Shown piece after piece: positions 25,796 to 37,589 of a stretch of 64,000 nt of DNA. A program made the translations under genes and the position numbers. How positions within the stretch are numbered: position 1 is the stretch's first letter; the number at the start of each line of letters is the position of its first letter. The stretch covers positions 14,508,001 through 14,572,000 of the forward strand of contig NC_087436.1 in assembly GCF_036321535.1 (NCBI RefSeq), in the 5' to 3' direction. The stretch is from Camelus dromedarius (Eukaryota). Under the pieces are notes generated by a model. The model worked only from the letters and a program-made list of their open reading frames with translations. It searched no databases and was not told the origin of the DNA.

Positions 25796-27564
25796 TGGCG
25801 AGTTTGATGGGCTTTTGTCAGAGGTGGCTTGGAGACCCAAGACAGTTGAATTGTTTGTTTAGTTAAGTAAAAATAATCTTGTATTTAAGGAGACTTCTCT
25901 GGAGAGATGTGAACAGGCTGTGGGGGCTAGAGTAGCAAATACAGTGTGATTGGAAGAGACCTAAGGAAAGACGTAATACGTGAGAAATGCTCTAAGGTCC
26001 CAACTGGCCAATAGCTCTAGGAAAAGTTGTAACTGATGTTGATTTTGAAGTTGTTTCCTGCGTTATAAGTTGGTTCTTAAACTAGAATAATCATTTGTTA
26101 CCCTTCAACCTAAAAGTCCGCTATGTAGAACAGCCTTATGTTGATGAAATGAAATAGTAGTGTCCAGTGTGGGGCAGGCTTTAAAATAATTTGAAGATGC
26201 CACCCACAGTGGAGGGAGCTGGCTCTGAACTTTTCATAGCATGTAAGATGGTAGGTCATAAGATTTTATTCGGTTATTATAAGAAACATCCATGCTGGAA
26301 TGAAAGGCTGGAGAACATGAGGATATCTTCATCCCTGAAATGGAAGCCGATTTGTTGAAATGGAAACCTTGGACAAATATCTGCAGGGTGCCAATGTTCT
26401 AATATGTGGTACTTTCACAGAAGGGTCAAGCCCTAGGGGTTTTCTTTTCCCTAAAAGTTCTTTTATAGTTTGGATTAGAATTCAGAACTCTCATTTCTAT
26501 AAAGACAATATAACAAAAAGGGGTTGCATTCTCATGGACAGGTCACAAAAGCTTATGTAACTCAACCTCACTCGACTAGAATACTAACATAATGACTTGC
26601 TATACTTTATGTTTCTAAATGAAAAATTGGTATTAAACTTAGCAGCTTAACTTTGTATGTTTTGCTCTGTTCACCGATTTAGGTCAGATAGCATTTCTCC
26701 AAGTAGCAACTAAGGAATCTGGACTCCTAGCATGTGATCCAATATCTGAACATCGTTTGCTTCTAAGCCTTGTAGATAGGGGAGCTGATTATCTCATGGG
26801 AAACTTTAGGGATCAAGCCTGGCCATGACGTACTTCTGCCCACATTCTGCTGGCCAGACTAATCACATGGCTCTAGCCTAAGTACGAGGGAGGCTGGGAA
26901 ATAAAGTCTTCCTTTGTGGCCAGGAAGAGGAAAAAAGAACGTGGGCATCTTGCACCTACTTTGCAAGGTTTTGTGAAGATTAAATGAAATAACTTTATAT
27001 TCTAGATTCTTGAAGTATGTCCTTTCCTTCCTTTGGAATCAGCTAAGTACACATTAGTGGTGGCAGGTTGCAGTGGTGGTGGGTTCTGGTGCGAAGGACT
27101 CCTAGCGACAGAGTTTCAGTAAAGGAAATCAGGTGCAGATTCCGGTAGAGTTAAGCAGAGGTGGTAGCCTGAAAGATGGGTGGAGAATAAAAGAAAATAA
27201 GAATTGTGAGTTAGATGCTCTTGAAAGGGTTCCTAGAAAGGACAAAGAGGTAATAACAGTTTGGCTGGGAGAAAGATCAGAGCCTTCTAGGGGAAGCATG
27301 GTGGGGCAAAGGTGAAGAAAATTTATAGGTTCCTTTTGGAAAATAAGGGAGTGCTCAGTACCTCAGTGAGTGATTCCCCCAACTATTAAAGCTGCATTGA
27401 GTCAAAGGCTGAGAAAAAGCTACTGGAGAAAAGATCATCCCTTACTAAAAATACATAATGCTCTTAGACTTATAAGAAAAAAAAAGAAATGATATAATGT
27501 AAAGGAATTATTTCCAAACAGTATTGAAGAGTCCAGTTTTTAGTTTCCCTAAAAATATTTATAT

Positions 27565-27693
27565 TAAAATTTTTTTAGGGGAGAGGTAATTAGGTTTATT
27601 TACTAATTTTTTTTAAAATGGAGGTACTGAGGATTGAATCTAGGACCTTGTGCATGCTGAGCATATGCTCTACCACTAAGCTATACCCTCCCC
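27565..27693 (-). mobile_element. tRNA-derived SINE (Vic-1-like)
   Basis: ggaggtactgaggattgaatctaggaccttgtgcatgctgagcatatgctctaccactaagctataccctcccc. Confidence 0.92.
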
Positions 27694-27789
27694 TCTCCTA
27701 ATATGATTGAAGAATGCAATCTGTGAACCTTGATTGGATCCAGGTTGGGGGAGGACACAAGCTATCAAAAATATTGTTGGGATTTTACG

Positions 27790-28010
27790 CATGAAAATTG
27801 CTAAGAGAGTAGATCTTAAATGATGTTTCGCCTGCCCTCTTACCACGCCGAAAACACACACACAAAGGTAACTATGTGAGGTGATGGGTTTGCCAACTAA
27901 CCTTATTGTCGTAATCATTTCACAATACATAGGCATATCAAATCATCATGTGGTACACCTTAAACTTACACAATGTTATTTGTCAATTATATCCCTCTAA
28001 AGCTGTAAAA
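27790..28010 (+). mobile_element. L1MA-like 3' end
   Basis: tgaaaattgctaagagagtagatcttaaatg…ggtaactatgtgaggtgatgg…gtacaccttaaacttacacaatgttatttgtcaattata. Confidence 0.85.
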
Positions 28011-28038
28011 AGAATGTTGAGACAATTAGGGAAATTTA

Positions 28039-28206
28039 TTTTTATTTTTTAAATTGACGTACAGTTGATTTACAATGTTGTTTTAGTTTCTAGGGTATAG
28101 CACAGTGATTCAACTATACATATATATTCTTTTTCATTACAGGTTATTATAAGCTACTGAATATAGTACCCTGTGTATACAGTAGGACCCTGCTGTTTAT
28201 TTTGTA
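28039..28206 (-). mobile_element. Artiodactyl-type L1 3' end with TSD
   Basis: gtacagttgatttacaatgttg…gcacagtgattca…tgaatatagtaccctgtgtatacagtagg. TSD TAGGGAAATTTA (28027-28038) / TAGGGGAATTTA (28207-28218). Confidence 0.85.
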
Positions 28207-30554
28207 TAGGGGAATTTAAATGTGAATTAAATTCAGATATAGATTTTTGTTAATTTTTTCAGGTCTACTAAAGGTTGGAGTTAGGTATATCCTTCTTCTT
28301 AAGTGATCCCTGCTAAAGTATCACCTAAGAAAAAAGATGAAGCATCATGATGCCTGCAACTTAGTTTCAAATGGTTCAGAAAAATACATAAAGCAAACAG
28401 CAAAATGTTAACAATGACCAAATCTAGATGAAAAGTGTATGAACACAAATTATTCTTTCAATTTTTCTGTATTTTTAAAAATTGTCATAATGAAAATCTG
28501 AAAAATGACAATCGGATCGATGGTTTCCAGCATGTGATCATTTATTTGCTTATCAACAGAACAAAGCAGCCACCCATTTATTCACCAGATGATTATGCAG
28601 AATATAGATCGAATAGTAGATGGTAGTAGCTGGGGTCAAGTATTAAGCCTGGGACATACTGGACTAGACTGTAAACTCCATGAAGCCAGGGACATCATTC
28701 TTTTCACCATTATATGTCCAGCACTTAGTTCAGTGCTAAGAAATAGTGGGTGATAAGTAAATTTCTTTTCACTGAATGGTGAAGTAACTGTGAAAATCCT
28801 TATGTTTTCTACGTATCACTGCTTTTTGGAAGACAAAAAAATACAAATAATGTTTATGTATCTAGTACCTCTGGCAACTACTGACTGTTAATTCAATAAC
28901 TCAACTTTGAATTTCAAGCCAAAACATTTAGAAAACTTTGCTTTTCAAAGCTAAGTTATATCTAAACCTACCTTAATGTTTTTATGAAGTTCTTTTCTTT
29001 AAGGTGGTTTTCACTCAGTATTTTATTTTAAAAATAACTGCTAGATTTTATTAGATAAAAATATTTAGTGACTATTAATGATAAAACCAAATCAAGGCTT
29101 CTTCTGAAACTTTATACAGTTAAATTATCAAATATTACAAGAAATTCAAAGTTACCTTACTAATTTATTTTCTATTAAAAGTAGTAGTCATCTGTCATTC
29201 AGTTTTAGAATCACTCCTTTTGCAAACCTAGATGATGATAAAGGCCACAAAGGGACAATCTCATGACACGGTTGCTAAGTTTCTAGACTGATTTGTTCCT
29301 GTATATGAAAATGTCATTAAGTTCTGATATTCTCTAGCATTTTTAACAGCATTATGGAATTATTAGGGAGCTGATCAAATCCAAAGGCCTTTTCTGCATC
29401 ATTTGACACTACCAATCACTGCTTTCTTTTGTGTAACTCTTTTTTTCAGATATTGAAGAAGTATGATAATTGTCTGAAGAGGCCATGGGGCCTAGTGACA
29501 GACTAGCTATAAGGGATGAAAGGGGGCGGGGGGAACCTTCTTTTTTAAAAGCCAGGTTCCATGTAACCTCTTTTAAGCACTATTATTTATATTAGTCTTC
29601 AAAAATTTTATTCTTTTATTTTTATTTATATCAGTCCTAATCTGCTCCTAAAGCTGTTAGGCTTAAAATAAAGTAACCATATCCAGTGGTGGAATAAGAG
29701 GTTTGCCATGTTGAAGTGAACAATATTCAATAGCCCAGGGGAATGAATTTACCTTACTGCTCCAGAGACTGAGGTCAGTGTGATATAATGCTAAGTGTAC
29801 TCTATTTGAAGACTTGGGGCCCACTCCAAGTTTCCTTTTTACTTGCTCTTCTGACTCTGGGTAAGTCATTTAATTTCTCTGGGTCTCATCTTCCTCCAGT
29901 CTTAAAATATCACTGACTTTAAACAAAGAACTGAGAGATAAGAATGATAAAATGATAAAAACAATCAAATAGAATATGTTGAGAAAATGTGCCAGGTAGT
30001 GACAGGAATGGTATATATTTAATATTAATGAGTGAAATTAAAAAACCAACCAACCATGTATTTTAGCAGGAACTTTAGGGGGAAAGAAAAAGCCACCATG
30101 ATATTTACAAAATGAATGAAACTTGGAAATGAAAAAAAAATTTGTGCTGGTGAAATAGTTTGTTACATAGTTGCCTATAAAATACAAAGCAATAACAGAG
30201 TTCAGTTACACAGATTCCAAGAGAAGAAATATCGACTTTACATTTTTGAGGGAAACCAAGTCACAAACCCCAAACCACCATGAGGGATTCCAGCAACAAT
30301 TTAATAATTGAAAGCATAGCATTATTTTGGAATGTAAAAAATATAGTCTCATAGTTCTACTTTTAAGAAGCTTATTATCAAATTGATAAAGAGATAATTA
30401 GGCAGGATAATTGTTCTTATTTTGGAAAGACCGTGTCTTAAATATAACTCATCTGGTAGCATTACCTTACCTGAAATATATTATTCAAATGTGGACTATA
30501 AAAGGATATTGGAGAATCGGGCATCTTAGAGGTTAGGCATGAAAACGATAACCC

Positions 30555-31395
30555 ACTTCACAAAAGAAGCAGCCCAAATGGCTAGCTGACATATGAGAAG
30601 GTCCTCAACAGCATCAGTAATCAAGGAAATGCAAGTTAAAACCACAGTGATTTACTACTACACACCCACCAGATTGGCAAAGCTGAAAGGACTGACTATA
30701 CCAATGTGGCTGAGGGTGTGAAGCAATGAGGCTCATACACAGCTGGTGTGAGTATAACACTTCAGAAAGCAGCTTGGCATGATTCATTCAAATTTATAGT
30801 ACACATAACCACTCCCAGGTATATACCATACAGAAACTCATATAGATGTGATGGAATACATATATAAAGAATATTTAAAACAGCGTTCGTAAGAGTCCCA
30901 GACTGGAAACAACCCAGATATCCATCAACAATAGAATGGCTAAATAAATTATGGCATATTGCTACAATGAAACACTGTAATATGCAGCAATTAAAATGAA
31001 CAAATTACAGTTATATGAACAACCCAAACAACATATGGATTAAAAATGATGTTGAGCAAAAGTAGTAAGCACAACAGGTTACATATTATGTTGTTCCAAA
31101 AGAAAGGGCAAAACCAAACAATATATGATTTAGGGATGCATGCTTGTGATAAAACAATAGAGAAAAAAACAAGGAAATGGTTATCACAAAAGTTAGAATA
31201 ATGGTTACCTCTAAAAGGGAGGGAAAGAATTGTGTTCAGGAAGGTCACCGGGGGACTTCTGGGGTGCTGGCAGTGTTCCATTTCTTGATCTGGTTGGTCA
31301 CACGGAGGTTTCTTTTATAATTATTCATTATATGGAATAACTGCCTTATGCATTTTGAGGTTTATTTCACAATAAAAATGCACAATTAAAAATAA
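30555..31395 (+). mobile_element. L1ME-like ORF2 end and 3' UTR
   Basis: cagtaatcaaggaaatgcaagttaaaaccacagtga…actggaaacaacccagatatccatcaacaatagaatgg…tatttcacaataaaaa. Confidence 0.8.
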
Positions 31396-33738
31396 AAAGT
31401 AGTTGAATATTGTAGATGGAATATCTGGAAAGAAATTTTGCTAGAAAATTCAGCTTATGAAATCTTTGACAGTAAAAACTGATGTGGGATAAAAAAACGG
31501 ATTAAATAGTTTCTCGTAAGAGCTCATTTTTTGGTGTAGGAGAAAATCCTACACAAACATCCTTTTGTTATGTTCTAATGTAGGTATGTGGATCTTTATC
31601 ATAAAATGATGATCCAGGGAGAGAACTGTTACCTAAAACCTCAGATTTTTTTGAATTTTGAATGAACTAGCTGTTTTCTTCTCTGGATTAATAAGTAAAA
31701 GAACTAAAGAGATGCTGACCAAGTTGGAAATGTATGAACTTCCTTCTCTGCAGTCATCAGTTCCAGCTGTTTCCTCCAGTTATCATACTGGGTGGTGAAG
31801 TGGGTGGATCTTGCCTAGTAAACTAGCACAGCTGTAGCTTTGTTAAGTAGGTGGCTGAGGGGCTCTCAGCACCCAGGTTCTAGGGTGGAGCCACTGACAA
31901 TGAAACAGACCAGTATGCAGAAGAGCCCCAAGTGGTCACACTTTTCTGGAGGCATCCTCTGCTGGGCTGCAGAGCTCTGATGTTTGCAATCTTTTCCACC
32001 AAAGCCCACAGAACTTAAAAGCTGAGGTGCTCAGCTTTACAGAATCCTCTAAATCTGTGTATTTTACTCCTTCAATTTCCATAAAAAAATTAGGAAGAGG
32101 GGCAAAATCAAAAACGATTTATTTTGTAGCCATGTGAGGCCATTGCTTGCTGGTCTGATTCCCTGTGAGTCTTATTTGGAAGGACATGGTAGGGATTGGT
32201 CGTGAAAAGTCAAATCAAATTAAGGGTAGCTTAAGTAGGACAGCTAACTTGGCTCTTAGAACTCTGGATGAAGGGCAGCTGGGCAGGTTATACTTTCTGA
32301 GTCTCTTCTTGCTTCTGCAACATCCGTCTCCCCCCTCCCATCACTTTTTCTGCAGCATTTCAGTAAAAATGAGCCCTTGGAATTATCCAGTTAGAGGTTT
32401 CCTTGGTCTACTATTTGCATATGTGGTGGCAGTAGTGGCAGAAACCTTGAACTCCCCAGATCTGTCTGCAAAAACTTGCTGCTTATTCCGAGTTGGAAAG
32501 ACTTGCAATATCCGCTACTGCCGCTTCCAGAGGACGTATGGCGTGCCGGGGTCCAGAGACAGAATTGTGGAATCTGCTTCCTTTCATCACTGCTGCTTTG
32601 ATCTCAGTCTCACATTATTTACCAGGACAGGTTCTAGACAGATTTCTGAGGAATCTGGTCCTTTTATCTTAAAATTTCTTTTCCTAGAAAACCACGCTTT
32701 CAACTTCATGAGTTTTTACTTGAATTTACTTTCCAGGATAACATCTGTAGGAAAAGCTGCGTAAAGAGTAATAACATTTATCTGAAACATAGGCCAAAAT
32801 TTTTTTCTTGACGGTAATGGACACTGATTAACAATCTATCAGTTCTCCAAAGCTCCAAACCACAAGCAAGAATGCCTTCTCAAAGGGAGGCACTACTAAA
32901 TTCTCTTCCTGCAAAAGTCAAAAATCCTTCCACTCTCCGGGAGGATGACTCCCTTCCCTCGTCCCAGCAATCTGCCTCTTTCACTAAAGACTCAGGTTGT
33001 GACTTCTCACGGAAGCTTCATCCCCTGTTTTCTTTGGAGTGGAGAACAGGGGGAAGAGGGATGTATTACAACTCTCATCTGTACAATGCTACGCAGTTTA
33101 CAAAGCGCTTGCACTTCCATCAAACTCCTCTGAGCTCCGGGAGTGAAGGAGGCATTCATTCATTCATCAAACATTTGCTCCGTCCGACCACAAGTTATTG
33201 GCCGCTGGGTCTCGCCTCACACCAGGGAAAGGGTGGGGCTCTCGCTCCCCGGAGCAGGTGCCGGGGATCAAGCTGAAAGATAACTTCTCGCTCAGTCGGG
33301 CTTTTGAAAGGCCTGTTTGGGGCCAAATGCCTTACCTTCGGGTGGTGCGCGCCCGAGCGGGCTGCCCGGCCTGGGCCTCCTCCTTGCTCGCCAAGGAGCA
33401 GTCACCACCTGCTCTGAAGGAAACCGCTACGGAGCAAGCTCTCTCCGCCGCCCTCGGGTCAGGGGTAAGATGAGGCGGCAGCTTAGGCTCCACTCGGCTC
33501 CTCCCCTTCCTCTCTTCAGTTCTGACGCGGCCGTAGAGGCGTCGGCAGCAGCCGCGGCGAGTCCCGCGGCCCGAGGCGCACCCACCCGCTCGCCGAGCCC
33601 AACTTCCTCTTCCCTCCGAGCGTCATCAGTGCGCGCCAGAGGCGCCCAGGGCGGGGTGGTTGGAAAGAGGAAAAAAGGCCAGCGGAGGAAGCCTCCGAGC
33701 GGAAAGAAAAGGGAGGGGGGAAGAGAGCGGTTGCTAGG

Positions 33739-33750
33739 TGACTTACGTCA
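33739..33750. promoter_or_regulatory. Overlapping AP-1-like (TGACTTA) and CRE/ATF-like (TTACGTCA) bZIP site
   Basis: TGACTTACGTCA about 35-45 bp upstream of the presumed TSS region, next to a GC box. Confidence 0.6.
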
Positions 33751-34195
33751 TCGGTCCGCGCCGCTTTCCTCCCGCCCCTCTCTCTGGAGTGAGGCGAGAG
33801 CCCCGCACTGAGCGAGCGAGTCAGCGAGCTGAGCTCCGGGCGCTGCTATCTCCGCCGCCGAGAGCGTGAGAGCGAGGGAGCATCCGAGAGACCCAGCCCC
33901 CGTGCACTGGACGCCGCCGAGACCTCCGCCCTAACCCAGGCCACCGGGAGCCGCGGCCACCCCTTTTCTCCCCCCCTCACCTTCCCGGCCGGCAGCGGCG
34001 GCTGCACACGCCGGAGCCCGAGCCCGAGCCGGAGCCGGCGGCTTGGGGGCAGGGAGGCGGCTACCTCGGGCCGGGACTAGTCAGCGGCTCCGCGGTGAGA
34101 GGACGCTGAGGAGGGGCCGGAGCTTCTGTCTCGTCCCGGGGCGAGGGGCGAGGGACCCCCAAGGTGGAGGGAGGGGGTCCCAGCCGCAGCGACAC

Positions 34196-34285
34196 ATGCG
34201 GGAGCCGGGAGCGGGGGCGGCGCCGAGCGGAGCCGGCCGGGTCCCCCACCTTGCCGCCGCCTCGGCCACCCGCCCGGGGCCGTAG
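34196..34285 (+). other. uORF1, 29 aa (MREPGAGAAPSGAGRVPHLAAASATRPGP)
   Basis: ATG at 34196 to TAG at 34283-34285, inside the first exon. Confidence 0.5.
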
Positions 34286-34303
34286 CATCTCGCCCCGGAG
34301 TGT

Positions 34304-34366
34304 ATGAGCCGAGACCCCAGGCTCGGCCACCACCCCCCAGTCGGGGGGGCGGGGACCCCGATGTGA
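34304..34366 (+). other. uORF2, 20 aa (MSRDPRLGHHPPVGGAGTPM), ending in an ATG-TGA start-stop
   Basis: ATG at 34304 is in frame with ATG at 34361, which is followed immediately by TGA at 34364-34366. Confidence 0.5.
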
Positions 34367-37300
34367 AGCGGCGGCCGGGGCGGCGGGGACAGCAGGACCG
34401 GCGCCGCCGTCTTTTCCTTCCCTCCCCCCTCCCCTCTACCCCCTCGGGGGGGTCTTCTCCCTTGGGCGGTCGCCGGCCCCCCGGCTCCTCGGCAGGACTC
34501 CGGGAGGAGTTCTTAGAGCCCCCTCCCCCGCCCCAGCCCCGAGGGCGGCGGGGCCGGGGGGGACCCGGGGGGCCGGCCGCAGCCTCCGCCCAGAGGAAAC
34601 TTTATAAAAACAAAATCCGGAGCCTCCCAAACGTGACTGTCCGGGGACAAGTGGCCCGGGACGGGCCGAACACTCAGCCTGAAGAGACCCAGGAAGAGGA
34701 AAAGAGGAGGTAAGCGGGACCGCCGCCTCCTGTGCTCCGGCGGCGCGGAAGAGACCCGGGTGGCCGCCCGGCTTAGCGATACCAGACCCGCTTCTTCCTC
34801 AGTAACGCTCCGGAGCCTGCCGCAGCTACCGCCTCCGTCCCGAGGAGGAAGGGAACCAACCCACTTTCAGCGCTCCAGCTCTTCTCTGAAGTGTGAGTGG
34901 CCCCGGGAAAGGGAATTGAGGGGTAGAGAGGGGGAGGATGCTGGTGCGTTCTCCACAGTTTTGCCGATGTTTCTCCGGAGTGCTGGGAGTGTATAGATGT
35001 GCGGGGTACCTGAGTCCTCACTGCGGGGAGAAGGCATCAGGCAGTCCTGTGTTTTGTAACCTTTTACCTCTCTGCGTGTGATATGCAAGCCTGCAGGTTT
35101 CTTTTCGAGGAGTTCTGTCTTTCCCCAGAGTTGTACATTTCTGGCCAGTAATTGGCAAAAGGAAATTGAGGAAACCAGAGCATATGTGCGCACAGAGGAC
35201 ATCTCAGTGTATGTAGCTTTTCCTGGTACACCGGGTGGGAAACAGCGCTGTAGTTTTTGTTTCTGGGCAACTCCTATTTGGGTTCCCAAATGGGAGCCTC
35301 TGAAATTAAAATTCCTTTGTTTTCCTGCAGTCTTCCTTGAGAGTTTTCATTTTAGTACAGGAGTGTTTTTTGGGTTTTTTTTTTTTTTTTTACCTTCTCA
35401 TTTCCTGGGTGCAGTTCCTGTGTATCAGAAGGACACGGTAACAAGTATCAATTACTCAGGAAATTCGGAATTCTTAGGAATCACACCTGATTTGGGGGAG
35501 AGCATTCAGTACTTTAACCAGTTTATTAAAATGGTATTACATTTTTCCTTACCCAAATGCTTTTTTTTTTTTAATAGCATATGTCCTAATCGATAGCACT
35601 TTTTTATTGGTGGAATAACTTGTGACTTTGCTTATTTGGATTGTCTTTTCTATCAAATAAGGATGACTTTTTCCCCTTCTGTTATTTTTAAGGAGAAGTC
35701 TATAGAATCTTTGATTTGTGTTTTAGGTATCCTCTCAGAGTGCTAAATTAAGGTGCAGGAAAATAATTAACATTTCATATATTTATACAGACCTTAAGGG
35801 TTAAGCATAGGGTGGAATTTTATATAACAACACAGACAGCACTATACTGAGAATTGCGGTCCCTGGAGACAACTGTGTGGGCTTACATTCTGAACCCAAT
35901 GCTGAGGGAGGCTCTGTGGAATGAATGTAAGCCTGGGGTTATCTATGCTAACTTTTCCATTCAGGATCTTGATTAAACTCATTTAAAACTTTCTCGAACA
36001 CTTTTTATCCTGTACTGTTTTCTTTTGAAGTAATGAATTCTACAAGTTTATTAGCCCATTTGTTTATTAACAATTCATTTATTTGTCCCAAACCTGTCTC
36101 TTTAAAGTTCCAGGAAACATCCTGAGCTTGTGTTTTGAGAAATGCTAGAACAGGCTGGAGTTCGTCTTTTCTTGGTTTTGTAGATTTTCATTGTTCCTCT
36201 TTACCATCATCTTTCCTGACTTTTTTGTCTGTTTGAGAATAATTTCTTCCATCCCTTTGATCACTTTGCCCTCCTGTGGAACTTCTCCAGCTGTTTTGTT
36301 TTTTCTTTATATGCTTTGTTCTTGTTATGCTTTTGTTAGGAATCTTAAATTCTGTCTATTTTACGTAGGTACTGACATTAAACTTTTGAGTAGTGGATGT
36401 AATGTTGGATGTGGAATCAAAGACAAATGCTGCTGGATGGATCTGATATTTTGTAATCTTGAGGAAGTCACGTATCCCATGCTTCACAAAGATAGAAAGA
36501 CAAATCTAGTCTTGCATAGGCTGTTTTTTGGGGGAGGAAGGGTGGACAGACTACCAGCGAGTTTAAGTGTAAATTATATTCCATCGGAGTTGCTTAGTAA
36601 CTTTAAGACTTTTATTGCTTTGGCTATAGATTGGTCAAAAATCATGACAATGTTTTATTGTATATTTGGGTAGCAAAGAAATAACAAAGTATTTGGGGGT
36701 CCCTACCTTTGAGGTACTTTTCCTTACGAGTGGCAGAGGCAATGATACCCAAACTGCACAAAACTGTGGGAAAAGGGGAATGGACCGGTTTTCTATGACC
36801 ACTATATTGGAGATATTGTTTGGTACCTTATAGATGTGAATGTGTTTGTACATTTTTCATTGGGGAAATGTTGATATTCGACTATATAGAACATATTGGA
36901 GTGTTTGAGCCAGCGGAAGGTGTCTTTTAGGAAGAAAATAGCAGGTAGAGATAAAGTGTTTAAGACTTTTGGAACTGGAGGATGTGAGGAGCAGATGTAA
37001 TTAGGAAGTTAGCTTGGTGGGAATTCAAAAGGAAGTTGAGTAGGCTTAGGGTCAGTTTGTGTTTGTGTGGGTACATGTTTCAGCTCAAAGAATCAGTTGA
37101 GAACAATGTTCCTGAGAGGGTAGTTTTAGACCACTGAGGAGAAATTGTATTTTAAGCCAAGAGACATAATACCTGGATTAGGATTTTGTTTTTCTAGTGA
37201 ACTTACATTTTTATACCATGGTCATTGAAGAGTGATACAGATGGAAGGGTGAAAAAGAAGGTGCTTCCAATATATTAGTATGGTGCTAGTGGCTTCTTAT

Positions 37301-37455
37301 AAAAACTAATTCAGAAATGAGGCAGTGGACTTTGTTTTGGACATTAAATTTTAGGATTAACGTTGGATACCAGTGTAATCTCAAGATGGTAAAATAATGA
37401 ATAATACCCTGAAAATGTAGAGTTGGGAGTCATTATCAAAGTATTAAGGTTTCTT

Positions 37456-37589
37456 TTTTTTTTAAATTTTATTTTATTGAGTTATAGTCAGTTTACAATG
37501 TTGTGTCAATTTCCAGTGTAGGGCGCAATTTTTCAGCCATACATGAACATACATATATTCATTGTTGCATTCTTTTTCACCGTGAGCTA
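37456..37589 (-). mobile_element. Short L1 3' end with a perfect 19-bp TSD
   Basis: CAAAGTATTAAGGTTTCTT at 37437-37455 and 37590-37608 flanks poly-T plus L1 3' UTR related to the 5916-6152 copy. Confidence 0.95.

Larger units (their letters stand above)
33785..34709 (+). other. HIPK3: Non-coding first exon (long GC-rich 5' UTR), tentatively HIPK3 exon 1; start approximate
   Basis: Lies downstream of the CRE/GC boxes and ends at a strong donor, GAG|GTAAGC (GT at 34710-34711), followed by T-rich intron-like sequence. The exon is well supported. The gene name rests only on my recollection of the exon 3' end (…CAGGAAGAGGAAAAGAGGAG) and of a ~29 kb first intron, and is not verified. Confidence 0.5.
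33180..34860. promoter_or_regulatory. CpG island / promoter of a + strand gene
   Basis: Abrupt GC-rich, CpG-dense block in an otherwise CpG-depleted window. GC boxes at 33649-33656 (GGGCGGGG) and 33771-33778 (CCCGCCCC); CRE-like TTACGTCA at 33743-33750. Confidence 0.93.

Noticed and set aside
32165..32764. Longest ORF (199 aa)
   Set aside because: GTG start, no recognisable domain, and composition typical of random non-coding translation.
32872..35596. Cluster of 60-172 aa ORFs over the CpG island
   Set aside because: Stop-codon scarcity in GC-rich DNA yields Arg/Pro/Gly/Ala-rich overlapping frames on both strands with no protein family signal. Only the ATG uORFs and one GTG frame are kept as hypotheses.
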